Notes: a model not told the origin generated them from the letters alone. A stretch of 64,000 nucleotides of DNA from Thermoplasmata archaeon (GCA_021792255.1 JAJYUZ010000002.1:256001-320000); one strand, 5' to 3'; shown: positions 28,666 to 38,416, numbered from the stretch's first letter. Numbers and translations: made by a program.

Positions 28666-30894
28666 TCAAGTCTTCACATCCAAAAGTATTCCATTAGCAA
28701 TGTAGCTGCTTCTGAGATATCCATCTTGGTAGAACAATTTGGACCCTTGGATGTCATAAACAGTGAAATTTCCATTGGTCATCTGTATTGAAGTGACTTG
28801 TATCCAAGTGTTATTTAAAGGATCAAATATGGCGTCTGATGTATTCAGATAACCGACCATTATCCATTCTACTGTTCCGTTTGAAAGTTTTACATAGATG
28901 GGTTGATCGCGTGCACCTGAAACGAACAGTAATCCGTTATCAATATTGATTATTGAATTTACGTTTGTGACATTAATTTCAGTAACTTCCTCTTCAACAA
29001 AGTTGCCTCCGATTGGATCATAGGAAAGTATTTGATCTCCCACTTTTAGATCTTGAACTTGGATGGTCTTGTTCAAAGAAGTCTGAATAAGAGTTCCATT
29101 CAAAACACAACCGCCACCACCTCCACTTGAGGTATAATAGTTGCGAAGGGCTTGAACAAAATTATATGCATTAACGCTGCCAATGCCAGTAACATAATCC
29201 CATCCGCTTCCCGCCGACATTCCGTTATTTCCAGTTGTTATGTCCGTGTATGCTCCTGACGAGTAGCCTATGCTGTAAATCCCTTTATTTATGAAACCGT
29301 AAACATCCCCCGTCCCATTGAGGTAAGTATCAGCTATTATACCTGCCATCATTGGAGTAGCGTAACTAGTACCATCTACACCGCCATAGAAGGTGCCATC
29401 GAAGTATACCACGATAGATGGCGCCGCGGCAAAAGAGATGTCCGGAATGTCTCTGTACCCATTGTTAGGCGCAACGCCACTTTGGTATGAAGGTTGGGAG
29501 AATATGGGATTATTAGTCACGTATCCTCTTCCACTTCCACTCCAGCCACTTTGGCCGCTGATATCTGAACTCGTCAAAGATAAAGTTACACCTCCAACTG
29601 CTATTGAGTTAGGGTCCAATGCAACCATATCTATGTTATTGCCACTTGACGAGTATCCATTGTCTCCTGTGGCAGCCACAATCGTAATTCCTTCAGTAGT
29701 TGCCTGAGCAAGAAAATCATGGATATTATCAACTTCGCTAGTACTTATGGAGTTGTAAGTTGGCGCAATGCTAAAGCTCATCACAACGGGAACTAAAGTA
29801 TTGACCATATAACTAAGCTCTTGATCAAATTCGTATTCGAATCCAGTATCCCCTCCAGATGGAGCGCTATAAATGACATCGTCGATAGTGGCGCCTGGAG
29901 CAATAGTACCTGCCCACTCAACGTCAAGAGTCTCCTCTAGACTAGCTCGATTATTCCCCCACGGTGGTAGCCCTCCTCCACCGATTATTATTTGCGTATC
30001 GGATGGATAATAACTCTGACCATTGTAGGTGTATTTTATGTTGTAATGTTCCCAGAAATTTTGGGGATCTGTCCCGTAATACCTCCAGTCAGGATAACCT
30101 ATCAATCCAATTGTTATCCACTTTCCATCATACCCATTTTGTAATAAAGGAGTAATATTGAAGTATGGGTTTATATCATAGGGGTTTGCCGTTAGCACTG
30201 TCTGTCCTGGTAAGCCCCCATAGACTTGATCCCACTCAGTATAAACAAATGGAGTATTATTTACTAACTCAGCTCCGTAATCGTTTAGACCACTGATTGT
30301 AGTTATCTCGTTGACTATGTTGTTTGGAATAATGGGATCATTGGAATTTGCATAAAAGTAGGTTCCATTGAGTTCATAATTGATCAAGGTAATTCTCAAT
30401 AATTGTTCCACGAATCCAGCTGTCTCTTCAAAGGAGATTTCTCTTCCGTTAGAGAAATTCATTTCTTTCACTCCAGAAGAACTCAGCCAGTCCTCCACAG
30501 AACTTATCGCGCCTGCCATTGGTCCAAATTTTGACATGAACTCAGATGGAGTCAAGAACTTGTGAAAGAGGCTGCTGCTTGTATTTGAAACTAACTGCGA
30601 ATAACTCGTTGCTGCAGAAATATCAATCGAAAGATATATTTCCAAAGATAGTTCAGTAGTATTGTTCAGTTGAGATAGGTCCATAGCTTGGGAAAGAAAA
30701 GGAAGAGTATCATTCAATGGCACTTCTAGTACCTCGTTTACCATGGGTGGGGTGCTTGTTCCGTCTAAATAGGATATCCCAGCTATTGAGGAGCTAGATA
30801 ACAAACTGAAAGAAATCGCTGATACGAGAACAAAAAGTCCGTACTTTTCAAAAATAGCTTTTACTAGGACTCTGAAATTCATACTTTGTATCAT
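28666..30894 (-). CDS. Secreted S53 (sedolisin/kumamolisin) peptidase with prodomain and C-terminal Hint domain
   Basis: Prodomain FLTPSEFMSKFGP; catalytic EETLD, GDNG and GTSYATP; Ca site GWDYVTGIGS; SSGGGGG|CVLNGT Hint at 28669-29109 ending YIANGILLDVKT. Confidence 0.9.
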   Translation of the reverse strand: MIQSMNFRVLVKAIFEKYGLFVLVSAISFSLLSSSSIAGISYLDGTSTPPMVNEVLEVPLNDTLPFLSQAMDLSQLNNTTELSLEIYLSIDISAATSYSQLVSNTSSSLFHKFLTPSEFMSKFGPMAGAISSVEDWLSSSGVKEMNFSNGREISFEETAGFVEQLLRITLINYELNGTYFYANSNDPIIPNNIVNEITTISGLNDYGAELVNNTPFVYTEWDQVYGGLPGQTVLTANPYDINPYFNITPLLQNGYDGKWITIGLIGYPDWRYYGTDPQNFWEHYNIKYTYNGQSYYPSDTQIIIGGGGLPPWGNNRASLEETLDVEWAGTIAPGATIDDVIYSAPSGGDTGFEYEFDQELSYMVNTLVPVVMSFSIAPTYNSISTSEVDNIHDFLAQATTEGITIVAATGDNGYSSSGNNIDMVALDPNSIAVGGVTLSLTSSDISGQSGWSGSGRGYVTNNPIFSQPSYQSGVAPNNGYRDIPDISFAAAPSIVVYFDGTFYGGVDGTSYATPMMAGIIADTYLNGTGDVYGFINKGIYSIGYSSGAYTDITTGNNGMSAGSGWDYVTGIGSVNAYNFVQALRNYYTSSGGGGGCVLNGTLIQTSLNKTIQVQDLKVGDQILSYDPIGGNFVEEEVTEINVTNVNSIINIDNGLLFVSGARDQPIYVKLSNGTVEWIMVGYLNTSDAIFDPLNNTWIQVTSIQMTNGNFTVYDIQGSKLFYQDGYLRSSYIANGILLDVKT

Positions 30895-30914
30895 GGCATC
30901 CAGTTCATTTATTG

Positions 30915-30937
30915 ATTTCCCAGAATTTCTGGGAAAT
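30915..30937. promoter_or_regulatory. Palindromic operator, copy 2
   Basis: ATTTCCCAGAA-T-TTCTGGGAAAT (perfect 11-bp arms), followed by TATA-like ttatatata. Confidence 0.8.
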
Positions 30938-30968
30938 TGTTATATATAGATTACCGCTAATTTGAGCA

Positions 30969-31742
30969 ATGGGAAAAAGAAACTACGTCATTATTCTTCT
31001 ACTCACGTTATCAATAGTTAGTTCTGCATATTCCGTATTTCTTTTCCTAAGTTCATATTTTTCTCAGTCCATTTTTTTTGTTTATACTTCTAAGGCAATC
31101 CTAGCATATCCATATAACATACTTCCTGTATCCTCCGCAATGTTCGGCTGGGTCTTGTTAAGTTATCAACTGATTTACAATAATAGGAGACATATTGCTA
31201 CAATTATTAGAAAAGAGATTTCTGGTAAGTCAGATGATTGGACTATTTATTATGCCTTTAAGGGCAAAGGAGGTGCAAGGAGACTAACGATAATGGAAGC
31301 CCTAACCTCACCCAGACTGAGGAACGAAGAGGAAATGCTTAGGGAACTAGAACTCCCATACAGAGTCGTGATGCTGAGTTCAGGAGATATGGGTGTCAGA
31401 GATTTCAAGCAGTTAGATCTTGAGGTATTCATGCCCTACCAGGCAAAGTACAGGGAAGTAATGTCCAACGACAACTGTACGGACTGGATATCCAGGAGAT
31501 CTGGCATTAGACTTACTGACGCAGAAGGCAACAAGATCTTCGCTCATACAGTAGACGCAACAGGACTTGCAATTCAACGTACCATCAAGTCTATACTGGA
31601 AGTACACCAGAGGAAAGACGGGACTGTCCGTGTACCTGAGCCCTTGGTGAAGTTTACGGAATTCTCGACCATCAGAACAAGGATAAGAAATAAAGATGTG
31701 TTGACCCTTGATGATCAGCAGTCTTGGGATTCAATTCTTTGA
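30969..31742 (+). pseudogene. Chimera: truncated membrane wHTH regulator fused in frame to a seryl-tRNA synthetase C-terminal fragment
   Basis: N-terminal half parallels 27138-27668 up to RNE. It then reads EEMLRELELPYRV..GDMG..DLEVFMP..YREV.S..NCTD..SRR..HTVDATGLAIQRT..ILE.HQ..DG.V.VPE.L (SerRS motif 3 region). Confidence 0.8.
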
Positions 31743-32359
31743 TACAGGACGTAAAATTTCCTATCGTTGAAATAGAACCTGACTATTCTGTAGCCCTTGA
31801 AAAAAGTCCTCAATTCCCTCTCTGTAAAGTAGTGATAATAGCTGCCGTCCTTATGGATGTATGTTCCTCTCTCTGATGTGCGGGTTTGACCCCAGTGCTT
31901 TCTCTGTGACCATATAGTCCTTTGGTCGCTCTCCAGGTACAGGTACCCTCTCAACCTCGTAACTCTTCTGATCTCTTCAATGTCCTCTCTGATTCGTTGA
32001 ATATCGGCTTGATAGATCGCTCTCACTGCGATAACTGCGTCATAATATCCATCTTCATATGGAAGGGCGTGCTGATAGTTGAATATCTGGAACGAGGCGC
32101 TGCTTTTGGCATTTCGCTGACCTTCGATCGCCTTTTCTATTGCCATCTTTGATCCATCGAAGCCGGTCAGTTCAAATCCTTGGTTCGACAAGAATATTGA
32201 ATTTCTCCCAGCCCCACAGTAGAAGTCAAGTATTCTCTTGACAGTATTCGCCTTGAAGAATATGCTCAACTTTTTCATGCTCCGTGATGGAGATTGTTGC
32301 CCCAGAAAGTTTCCTTCATAATATGCTTGATAAGGATCTCTTGACGCTTCTTTGTCCAT
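31715..32359 (-). CDS. Class I SAM-dependent methyltransferase
   Basis: ILDFYCGAGRN, GFDGS, LPYEDGYYDAVI, IRRVTRLRG. Confidence 0.85.
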   Translation of the reverse strand: MDKEASRDPYQAYYEGNFLGQQSPSRSMKKLSIFFKANTVKRILDFYCGAGRNSIFLSNQGFELTGFDGSKMAIEKAIEGQRNAKSSASFQIFNYQHALPYEDGYYDAVIAVRAIYQADIQRIREDIEEIRRVTRLRGYLYLESDQRTIWSQRKHWGQTRTSERGTYIHKDGSYYHYFTERELRTFFKGYRIVRFYFNDRKFYVLYQRIESQDC

Positions 32360-32508
32360 TCCGACTCACTGGTATTTCCTCCTCGTATTCCATTATTGCT
32401 ATTGAAATTGATTGCGTATCTAGCTTCCCACCGAGTTTCGAATATTCCAAATTGCTTCGCGTGACCGTTGTTGGTAATGATTAAGTACCGAGCCGTTTTT
32501 TGAATTTT

Positions 32509-32922
32509 ATGAGATTCCTTGCGTGGCATGTGGGGAGGTTTAGAGCGGTTCCTTCGGAAAAGGGAAGGTCTCCTATAGTTGAGGATGCGAGAACGGTTGA
32601 AACGGAGAACGCCATCTTGGTATTTGCAAACTTCGAGAAGAGTGACGAATCGCATCAACCCGAAATAGTTGCAAAAGCATCCACCGAGATGTCCTCCATA
32701 GCTAGCAACCTGAAGGTTGGAAACATCGTACTCAATCCATTTGCCCACCTATTCGCCGAGTCGTCCACTCCAGAGTCTGCAGTCTCTATGTTAAGGGCTC
32801 TTGAGACATCTCTTGCAGCGGACGGCTTTCAAGTTCAAAGGCTCGCCTTTGGAATGTTCTACGAGTTGGAGCTAACAGCTAAAGGTCACCGCTATTCAAG
32901 GATCGCAAGAAGGGTCGACTAG
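32509..32922 (+). CDS. Free-standing archaeal-type ThrRS editing (DTD-like) domain protein
   Basis: MRFLAWH, FEKSDE, VLNPFAHL, FGMFYELELTAKGH.YSRIAR. Confidence 0.8.
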   Translation: MRFLAWHVGRFRAVPSEKGRSPIVEDARTVETENAILVFANFEKSDESHQPEIVAKASTEMSSIASNLKVGNIVLNPFAHLFAESSTPESAVSMLRALETSLAADGFQVQRLAFGMFYELELTAKGHRYSRIARRVD

Positions 32923-33053
32923 TAGAACTGATCCTCCCACAATGGTCTGATGTCGCACTTGCTAAAGAATTTCAGCGAACCGATACAGGAACTTATCTTG
33001 TAGTCCTACCTTCAGGTACCTCGGGTAGGGCGTCCGTGAAGCCTGAGATGCGT

Positions 33054-33446
33054 CTAAACCAAGTGCTTTATCTTGCTCTCTTTTATTTTATTTGTGAACA
33101 TTCTCATCTTTTCTGACAGATCATCATCAATGAAGTGCTCAAAGAAGCAAGCTCTTTCCTTTGCCGTTTCCTCATCACATCCCATCAGAGTCAGCAGCTC
33201 ATAGATAGACTTCTCTTTTCTGTTCAGATTCTCGAGCAGTTCCATTCCCTTCTCTGAAAGAGTCATTCCCCTATATTTCTGATAATTGATTAGCCCATCC
33301 TCTGACAGCTTGCTGAGCATCTGAGATACAGATGCAGGGGTTACCTTAAGGAACTGGGCAACCTCTAGGGGCCTTGCGTAACCCTTTTCCCTTATGAAAT
33401 GGTCGATCGATTCCAAATATTTCTCTCTGTCTTCACTGCTTTTCAT
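33054..33446 (-). CDS. DtxR/MntR metal-dependent regulator
   Basis: EKYLESI, VTPASVSQML.KL..GLINYQKYRG..LSEKG, ACFFEH. Confidence 0.9.
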   Translation of the reverse strand: MKSSEDREKYLESIDHFIREKGYARPLEVAQFLKVTPASVSQMLSKLSEDGLINYQKYRGMTLSEKGMELLENLNRKEKSIYELLTLMGCDEETAKERACFFEHFIDDDLSEKMRMFTNKIKESKIKHLV

Positions 33447-33603
33447 TCTACCTAAATAATTTCGGCGAGGTATATCTTTTTTTGTGCACGTATTTGCACA
33501 TCCTGGCGCCTTTCGATCTAACAGAGCAAGTTGCGGACGTGGGATCGTTAAGAATCACAGTATTGAGTCCCAATTATTTAATATCGCAAATCATTCAACG
33601 AAG

Positions 33604-33888
33604 ATGAGAAAATATCCTTGCAGACAGGAAATCACTGAGCAGCTGCTTGAATCCAAGATGAAGGACATTTTCGGTAAGACGGTGAAAAGAGAGAATCACT
33701 ACATTTCTTCTTACTCAGAATCCCTGGAAGTAATTGCCGAAATTACAGGAAAGAAAGAGATATCCGTCGAAACCAAGTCCACTCCAGGAACGGATCAAGA
33801 AATGATCGTAAAGCTCTACAACAAATTTCTTGAGGATGTCACTGGCTACAACGCAAAGGAAAGAAAAAAGATGGTGTCCAAGGGATGA
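33604..33888 (+). CDS. Conserved archaeal small protein (DUF5611-like)
   Basis: MRKYP...YNKFLEDVTGYNAKERKK; ATG at 33604 follows a TATA-like element. Confidence 0.7.
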   Translation: MRKYPCRQEITEQLLESKMKDIFGKTVKRENHYISSYSESLEVIAEITGKKEISVETKSTPGTDQEMIVKLYNKFLEDVTGYNAKERKKMVSKG

Positions 33889-35273
33889 GCATCGACCTCT
33901 TCTCGGTAAACTCGGTATGTCTCATCGGCGCTTCACGAGAAGAAGGCAAAGTAGGGAGTATAATACTGAAGAACCTGAAGAGAAGTTTCAAGGGAGAAAT
34001 TTTGCTAGTTCATCCGACCGCGGATGAAATAGATGGAATCAAGTGTTTCAGGAACGTAGAGGAGATACCCCACAAGATTGATCTTGGGATCATCTCACTT
34101 CCATCCAAGAAGGCAGTCGATGCAGTCAAATCTCTATCGGTAAAAGGATGCAAGATATGCATACCCGTTGCCGGCGGGTTTGGGGAACAGGGAGAAGAAG
34201 GAAAGCAACTAGAAATGGTAATGAAAGAGTTGGCCTCAAAGTATGGGTCCAGAATAATCGGACCTAATTGTGTTGGCGTCATAATTCCGAGGATAGGACT
34301 TAACACCGCCTTGACCAGTGAGGAGAAGAGCAGGTTTCCTTCCGATGGTCCCGTTGGATTTGTTTCTCAGAGCGGCGCACTGGGGCTGCTGACGATAGAC
34401 GAATTTTCCGATTTCGGAGTAGGGTTTTCATCTTTTATTTCGCTGGGTAACGAAATAGACGTAGACGAAACGGATGCAATTGAGACATTGGGAATGGACG
34501 ATGGAACAAAGTCCATTGCCCTTTACATAGAGAAGATTGCAAGAATAGATGACTTCCTGAAAGCGTGCAAGAAAGTCTCTCCGAGCAAAGGCATAGTCAC
34601 GCTCAAGGGTGGACAGACAGATTCTGGGAACAGAGCGACTTCACTCCACACGGGCTCACTTCTCAAGACAAGTTTTTCTCTAAACGGTATTTTCAGGCAA
34701 AATGGAATTATACAGGCGTCAAATGAAATAGAACTGATGGATTACGCGTCCGTATTAGCGCTTGGGAAACCAATATGGGGAAAGAGAGTAGCAGTAGTCT
34801 CCTCTGCAGGAGGAGTAGGCGTGATCGCCACAGATACGCTAGAAAACCAGGGCTTCAAGGTGGGCAGAACCTCAGACGAACTTGCGTCTGAGATAAGGTC
34901 TAAAATCTCCCCGATTGGTTCGCCTTATAACCCAATTGATATGACCGCCGAAGCTACCAACTTCCAGTATGAAAGCGTGATTAATCAAATAGACAAATCC
35001 GGCGAATTCGATTCAATTTTAGCTTTTGTTTTGTTCCAGACGTTTGGGGTCACTGAGGATATCATCGAATTTCTGAAAAGTTACAACAAGACAGGGAATA
35101 CTCCTATCGTGATTGGAGCAGTGGGGGGAGAATACACGAGGAAAACAATGAGGAAGATGATCGAGAACGGAGTTCCAACGTATCCATCAATTTCAAGAAG
35201 CGTTGCCGCTCTAAAAACTCTGGAGGAAAGGGGAGAGTACCTTAGGAGATTCGAAAATGCCAGTAGTTCCTGA
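33885..35273 (+). CDS. acdA: ADP-forming acyl-CoA synthetase alpha subunit
   Basis: IGASREEGKVG, IIGPNCVG, SQSGAL, SLHTGSL (phospho-His), NPIDMT. Confidence 0.9.
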   Translation: MSIDLFSVNSVCLIGASREEGKVGSIILKNLKRSFKGEILLVHPTADEIDGIKCFRNVEEIPHKIDLGIISLPSKKAVDAVKSLSVKGCKICIPVAGGFGEQGEEGKQLEMVMKELASKYGSRIIGPNCVGVIIPRIGLNTALTSEEKSRFPSDGPVGFVSQSGALGLLTIDEFSDFGVGFSSFISLGNEIDVDETDAIETLGMDDGTKSIALYIEKIARIDDFLKACKKVSPSKGIVTLKGGQTDSGNRATSLHTGSLLKTSFSLNGIFRQNGIIQASNEIELMDYASVLALGKPIWGKRVAVVSSAGGVGVIATDTLENQGFKVGRTSDELASEIRSKISPIGSPYNPIDMTAEATNFQYESVINQIDKSGEFDSILAFVLFQTFGVTEDIIEFLKSYNKTGNTPIVIGAVGGEYTRKTMRKMIENGVPTYPSISRSVAALKTLEERGEYLRRFENASSS

Positions 35274-35862
35274 ATTGGAATTCAAAACTATGCTAGATAA
35301 GATGGGCTTCCACCAACCAAAGCGCTTCTTGATAAACGACCGGGAGGATTACAAGGGAGAATTTCCCTCAGTCCTCAAAGTTAGTTCGGAAACAATAACT
35401 CACAAAACAGAGATCGGAGCAGTGGTTGGAGACATCAAGACAAGACAGGACTTCAAGGAAGTTCTGAAGGATATGAAGAGAAAGTTTCCGGGGGAAACAC
35501 TTTATGCAGAAGAAATGGCTAAGAAAGGAGTTGAGCTCATTATTGGGCTCATAAAGGATCCGATGTTCGGAAAGCTCTTGTTATTTGGAGTGGGCGGTTT
35601 CTATTCAGAGCTCATAAGGGACGTGACATTTAAGAGAGTTCCAATAGACAGATATGATGCTGAGGATCTTCTCGGAGAGTTGAAATTTAACAGAGTATTT
35701 GATGGCTACAGAGGCCACAAGGTAAACAAGGAAATCCTGATAGACCTCCTCCTGAAAATCTCAGATTTTTCTATCAAGAATGAGTTCTCGCAGATAGATT
35801 TCAACCCAGTTTTTCTGTACGAGGACGGGTACCTTATCATAGATGCCAAATTGGTAGTTTAG
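35257..35862 (+). CDS. acdB: ADP-forming acyl-CoA synthetase beta subunit (ATP-grasp)
   Basis: VLKV..HKTEIG, ELIIG..DP.FG...FG.GG, DFNPV, DAK. Confidence 0.9.
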   Translation: MPVVPELEFKTMLDKMGFHQPKRFLINDREDYKGEFPSVLKVSSETITHKTEIGAVVGDIKTRQDFKEVLKDMKRKFPGETLYAEEMAKKGVELIIGLIKDPMFGKLLLFGVGGFYSELIRDVTFKRVPIDRYDAEDLLGELKFNRVFDGYRGHKVNKEILIDLLLKISDFSIKNEFSQIDFNPVFLYEDGYLIIDAKLVV

Positions 35863-35967
35863 TACTATTGGAAAACCCGTCCGTGAATTATTCACTTTCC
35901 ATAAAGGGTTGAAAATTTGACTGACCAAGAAGCATAGGCCGCTTATCCAACTAGTTCTCTCTACTTC

Positions 35968-36933
35968 TTAACTCTCGTCTTTTGCAAACTTCAGAAGTAC
36001 CCTTCCGTCTCTATTTCCATATTCCGCTATTGCTTTTTCATATTCTTTGAAATCATACACTTTCCAGAGCCTACTTTTGATGCGATTCTCAGAGACCAGT
36101 TTTATCAGTTCTGTGAATTCTTTTCTGGTGCCTCCGGTCGATCCAATGATCGATCGCTCTCCCGTATACAGGTGAGCGAGATTCACTTTCACTTCTCTCC
36201 CAGTGAGTGTTCCGAAAGTAACAATCCTCCCATTAGTTTCCAAATAATCCACGTACGGCTCCCAAGCCTCGGCACCCATTGAATTGACTATCACATCCAC
36301 TTTCTCCTGCTTCCATTCAGATGCATTGGTTTCAGCGACCCATTTCTTTCTAGAGACGTAGTATACTGTTGCACCCATCAGTTTTCCAAGGACGACGGAA
36401 TACCATCCAGTATTTCCAGATGCACCAATTACCAGCAGTTTTTCACCGCTCTTCACACCTACCCTCTTGAGTGCGTGATAAGCGGTCAGGCCACCCACCG
36501 GGATCGAAACTGCATCCTCAAAGCTCAAGGAATCGGGGAGAAGTTCCAGATGAGCTTCGTCAGTTCCATAGAATTCAGAAAATCCTCCATTTTCTCCCAC
36601 CCCCAAAACTCCTCCAGTCTTGCATAGCTCCTCCATTCCAGATCTGCATCTTTCACACGTTCCATCATAGATTCGAGGATAGATCAGAACCCTATCACCG
36701 ACCTTGAATTTCTTGGATGAGGAAACACTCTTTACAACTCCAACGAACTCTGCTCCTGGTATATGGGGATATGGAGCTATGTTGTAGTTCACCTTACCAA
36801 GTATTACATTTATGTCCACCGGGTTCAAGCCAGCGTAAACGACCTTTACTACCACTGGACTCTTTGGGTTCTCTACCTCCTCTACCTTCGTATTCTCTAG
36901 TCCTCCGGGTCTCCTTAGCAATAATGCCTTCAC
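35968..36933 (-). CDS. MDR-family (zinc-binding) alcohol dehydrogenase/oxidoreductase
   Basis: GLNPVD, PGAEFVG, DGTCERCRSG.E.LC structural Zn site, GASGNTG. Confidence 0.9.
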   Translation of the reverse strand: MKALLLRRPGGLENTKVEEVENPKSPVVVKVVYAGLNPVDINVILGKVNYNIAPYPHIPGAEFVGVVKSVSSSKKFKVGDRVLIYPRIYDGTCERCRSGMEELCKTGGVLGVGENGGFSEFYGTDEAHLELLPDSLSFEDAVSIPVGGLTAYHALKRVGVKSGEKLLVIGASGNTGWYSVVLGKLMGATVYYVSRKKWVAETNASEWKQEKVDVIVNSMGAEAWEPYVDYLETNGRIVTFGTLTGREVKVNLAHLYTGERSIIGSTGGTRKEFTELIKLVSENRIKSRLWKVYDFKEYEKAIAEYGNRDGRVLLKFAKDES

Positions 36934-37090
36934 CGTTTTTTATCAAATTGTGGTTAATTAGACCTTTGCTGTGAGAGAGTGTTCGAAAGAATAGAACCCA
37001 GGTAGCTACCAAAAGCTCCCAAGACTGCAGGAGCCTAATTTATAATTAGCACATCAGCAAAAACTTAAACCATGGAGACATTAACTTTTC

Positions 37091-38416
37091 ATGGTATATG
37101 ACGCACAAGAAATCATCAAGATTTCAGAGCAAAAGGATTTGAAATATTTTTATCTCCAGTTCACAGATATTCGCGGGACACCAAAGTCAGTCATGCTTCC
37201 AAGAAACAGGTTAGAAAAAATCCTGGAGGAGGGAGTGCTTTTTGATGGCTCTTCAATCCTTGGTTATGCCACAATTGAAGAAAGTGACATGAGGGCGTTT
37301 CCGGATTACTCCTCCTTTGAAATTCTACCTTGGGCTGTAGATGGAGGTAGGGCTGCCAGATTCGTGTGTTCAATAATGAAACCAGATGGAACTCCCTTTA
37401 AAGGGGATCCGCGTTACATCCTCCAGCAACAACTCTCGAGAATAGAAAAGAAGGGGATGCAATTCTTTGTCGGCCCCGAGTTTGAGTTTTTTTTGCTAGA
37501 GCAAAAGGATGGGAAGTACCAGCCACACGATACGGGAGGCTACTTCACGTTCGGTCCTCTCGACAAGGGAGAAATAGTGAAGAAGGAGATACTCAATTAT
37601 CTGGATTTCTTGGGTTACATGCCAGAGGCAGCCCATCACGAAGTATCTCCAGGGCAACACGAAATAGATTTGAGATACGCTCCAGCTCTTTTTATGGCCG
37701 ATAGAATCATAACGATGAGAACAGCAATAAAGACGGTAGCGGCAAGATTCGGTCTCTATGCTACTTTTATGCCCAAACCGTTCTTTGGCATAAATGGCAC
37801 TGGAATGCATATACATCAAAGCTTGATGACATCTTCAGAAGATCAGAACTTCTTCTGGGATGAAAAAGACAAGAACGGGCTGTCTGAAATGGCGTACCAT
37901 TATCTCGCGGGTGTGCTTTCTCACGCGGTTGAACTCTCACCGATATTTGCCTCTTGGGTAAACTCCTACAAGAGATTGGTGCCAGGGTATGAGGCCCCAG
38001 TCTACATAGCGTGGGGCACTAAGAACAGATCTGCGCTCATAAGAATTCCTGCAGGCGACAAGATCAAGAAGCGTTTCGAATTCAGGGCTCCTGACTCAGC
38101 GGGAAATCCGTACCTGCAGTTTGCCACTATACTGGCAGCCGGACTGGATGGCATAGAGAAGAAGAAAGAATGCCCGGATCCGACCGAGCTGGACATCTTC
38201 CACCTTTCACAGAAACAGAGAGATTCGATGGGAATTGGCTCGCTGCCTGAATCTCTGGGAGAGGCGCTTCATCATCTTAGAAATAGCGAATTCATGAGGG
38301 AAGTGCTGGGAGAACATATCTACAACAATTTCCTTTACATAAAACAGAAAGAGTGGGACGAATTCAGGTCGTACGTGACCGACTGGGAGATCAACAATCT
38401 GCTCCCCATCCTTTGA
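37091..38416 (+). CDS. glnA: Glutamine synthetase type I
   Basis: FDGSSI.G, HHEVSPGQHEI, FMPKP..G.NGTGMH, NSYKRLVPGYEAP, NRSALIRIP, RFEFRAPD. Confidence 0.97.
   Translation: MVYDAQEIIKISEQKDLKYFYLQFTDIRGTPKSVMLPRNRLEKILEEGVLFDGSSILGYATIEESDMRAFPDYSSFEILPWAVDGGRAARFVCSIMKPDGTPFKGDPRYILQQQLSRIEKKGMQFFVGPEFEFFLLEQKDGKYQPHDTGGYFTFGPLDKGEIVKKEILNYLDFLGYMPEAAHHEVSPGQHEIDLRYAPALFMADRIITMRTAIKTVAARFGLYATFMPKPFFGINGTGMHIHQSLMTSSEDQNFFWDEKDKNGLSEMAYHYLAGVLSHAVELSPIFASWVNSYKRLVPGYEAPVYIAWGTKNRSALIRIPAGDKIKKRFEFRAPDSAGNPYLQFATILAAGLDGIEKKKECPDPTELDIFHLSQKQRDSMGIGSLPESLGEALHHLRNSEFMREVLGEHIYNNFLYIKQKEWDEFRSYVTDWEINNLLPIL

Noticed and set aside
25196-29109. Treating the two terminal Hint domains as ordinary inteins or as pre-toxin Hints
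   Set aside because: No terminal Asn, no C-extein and no toxin domain follow; the stop codon comes right after DxKT
32275-32748. 157-aa minus-strand ORF
   Set aside because: Antisense shadow of the ThrRS editing-domain gene
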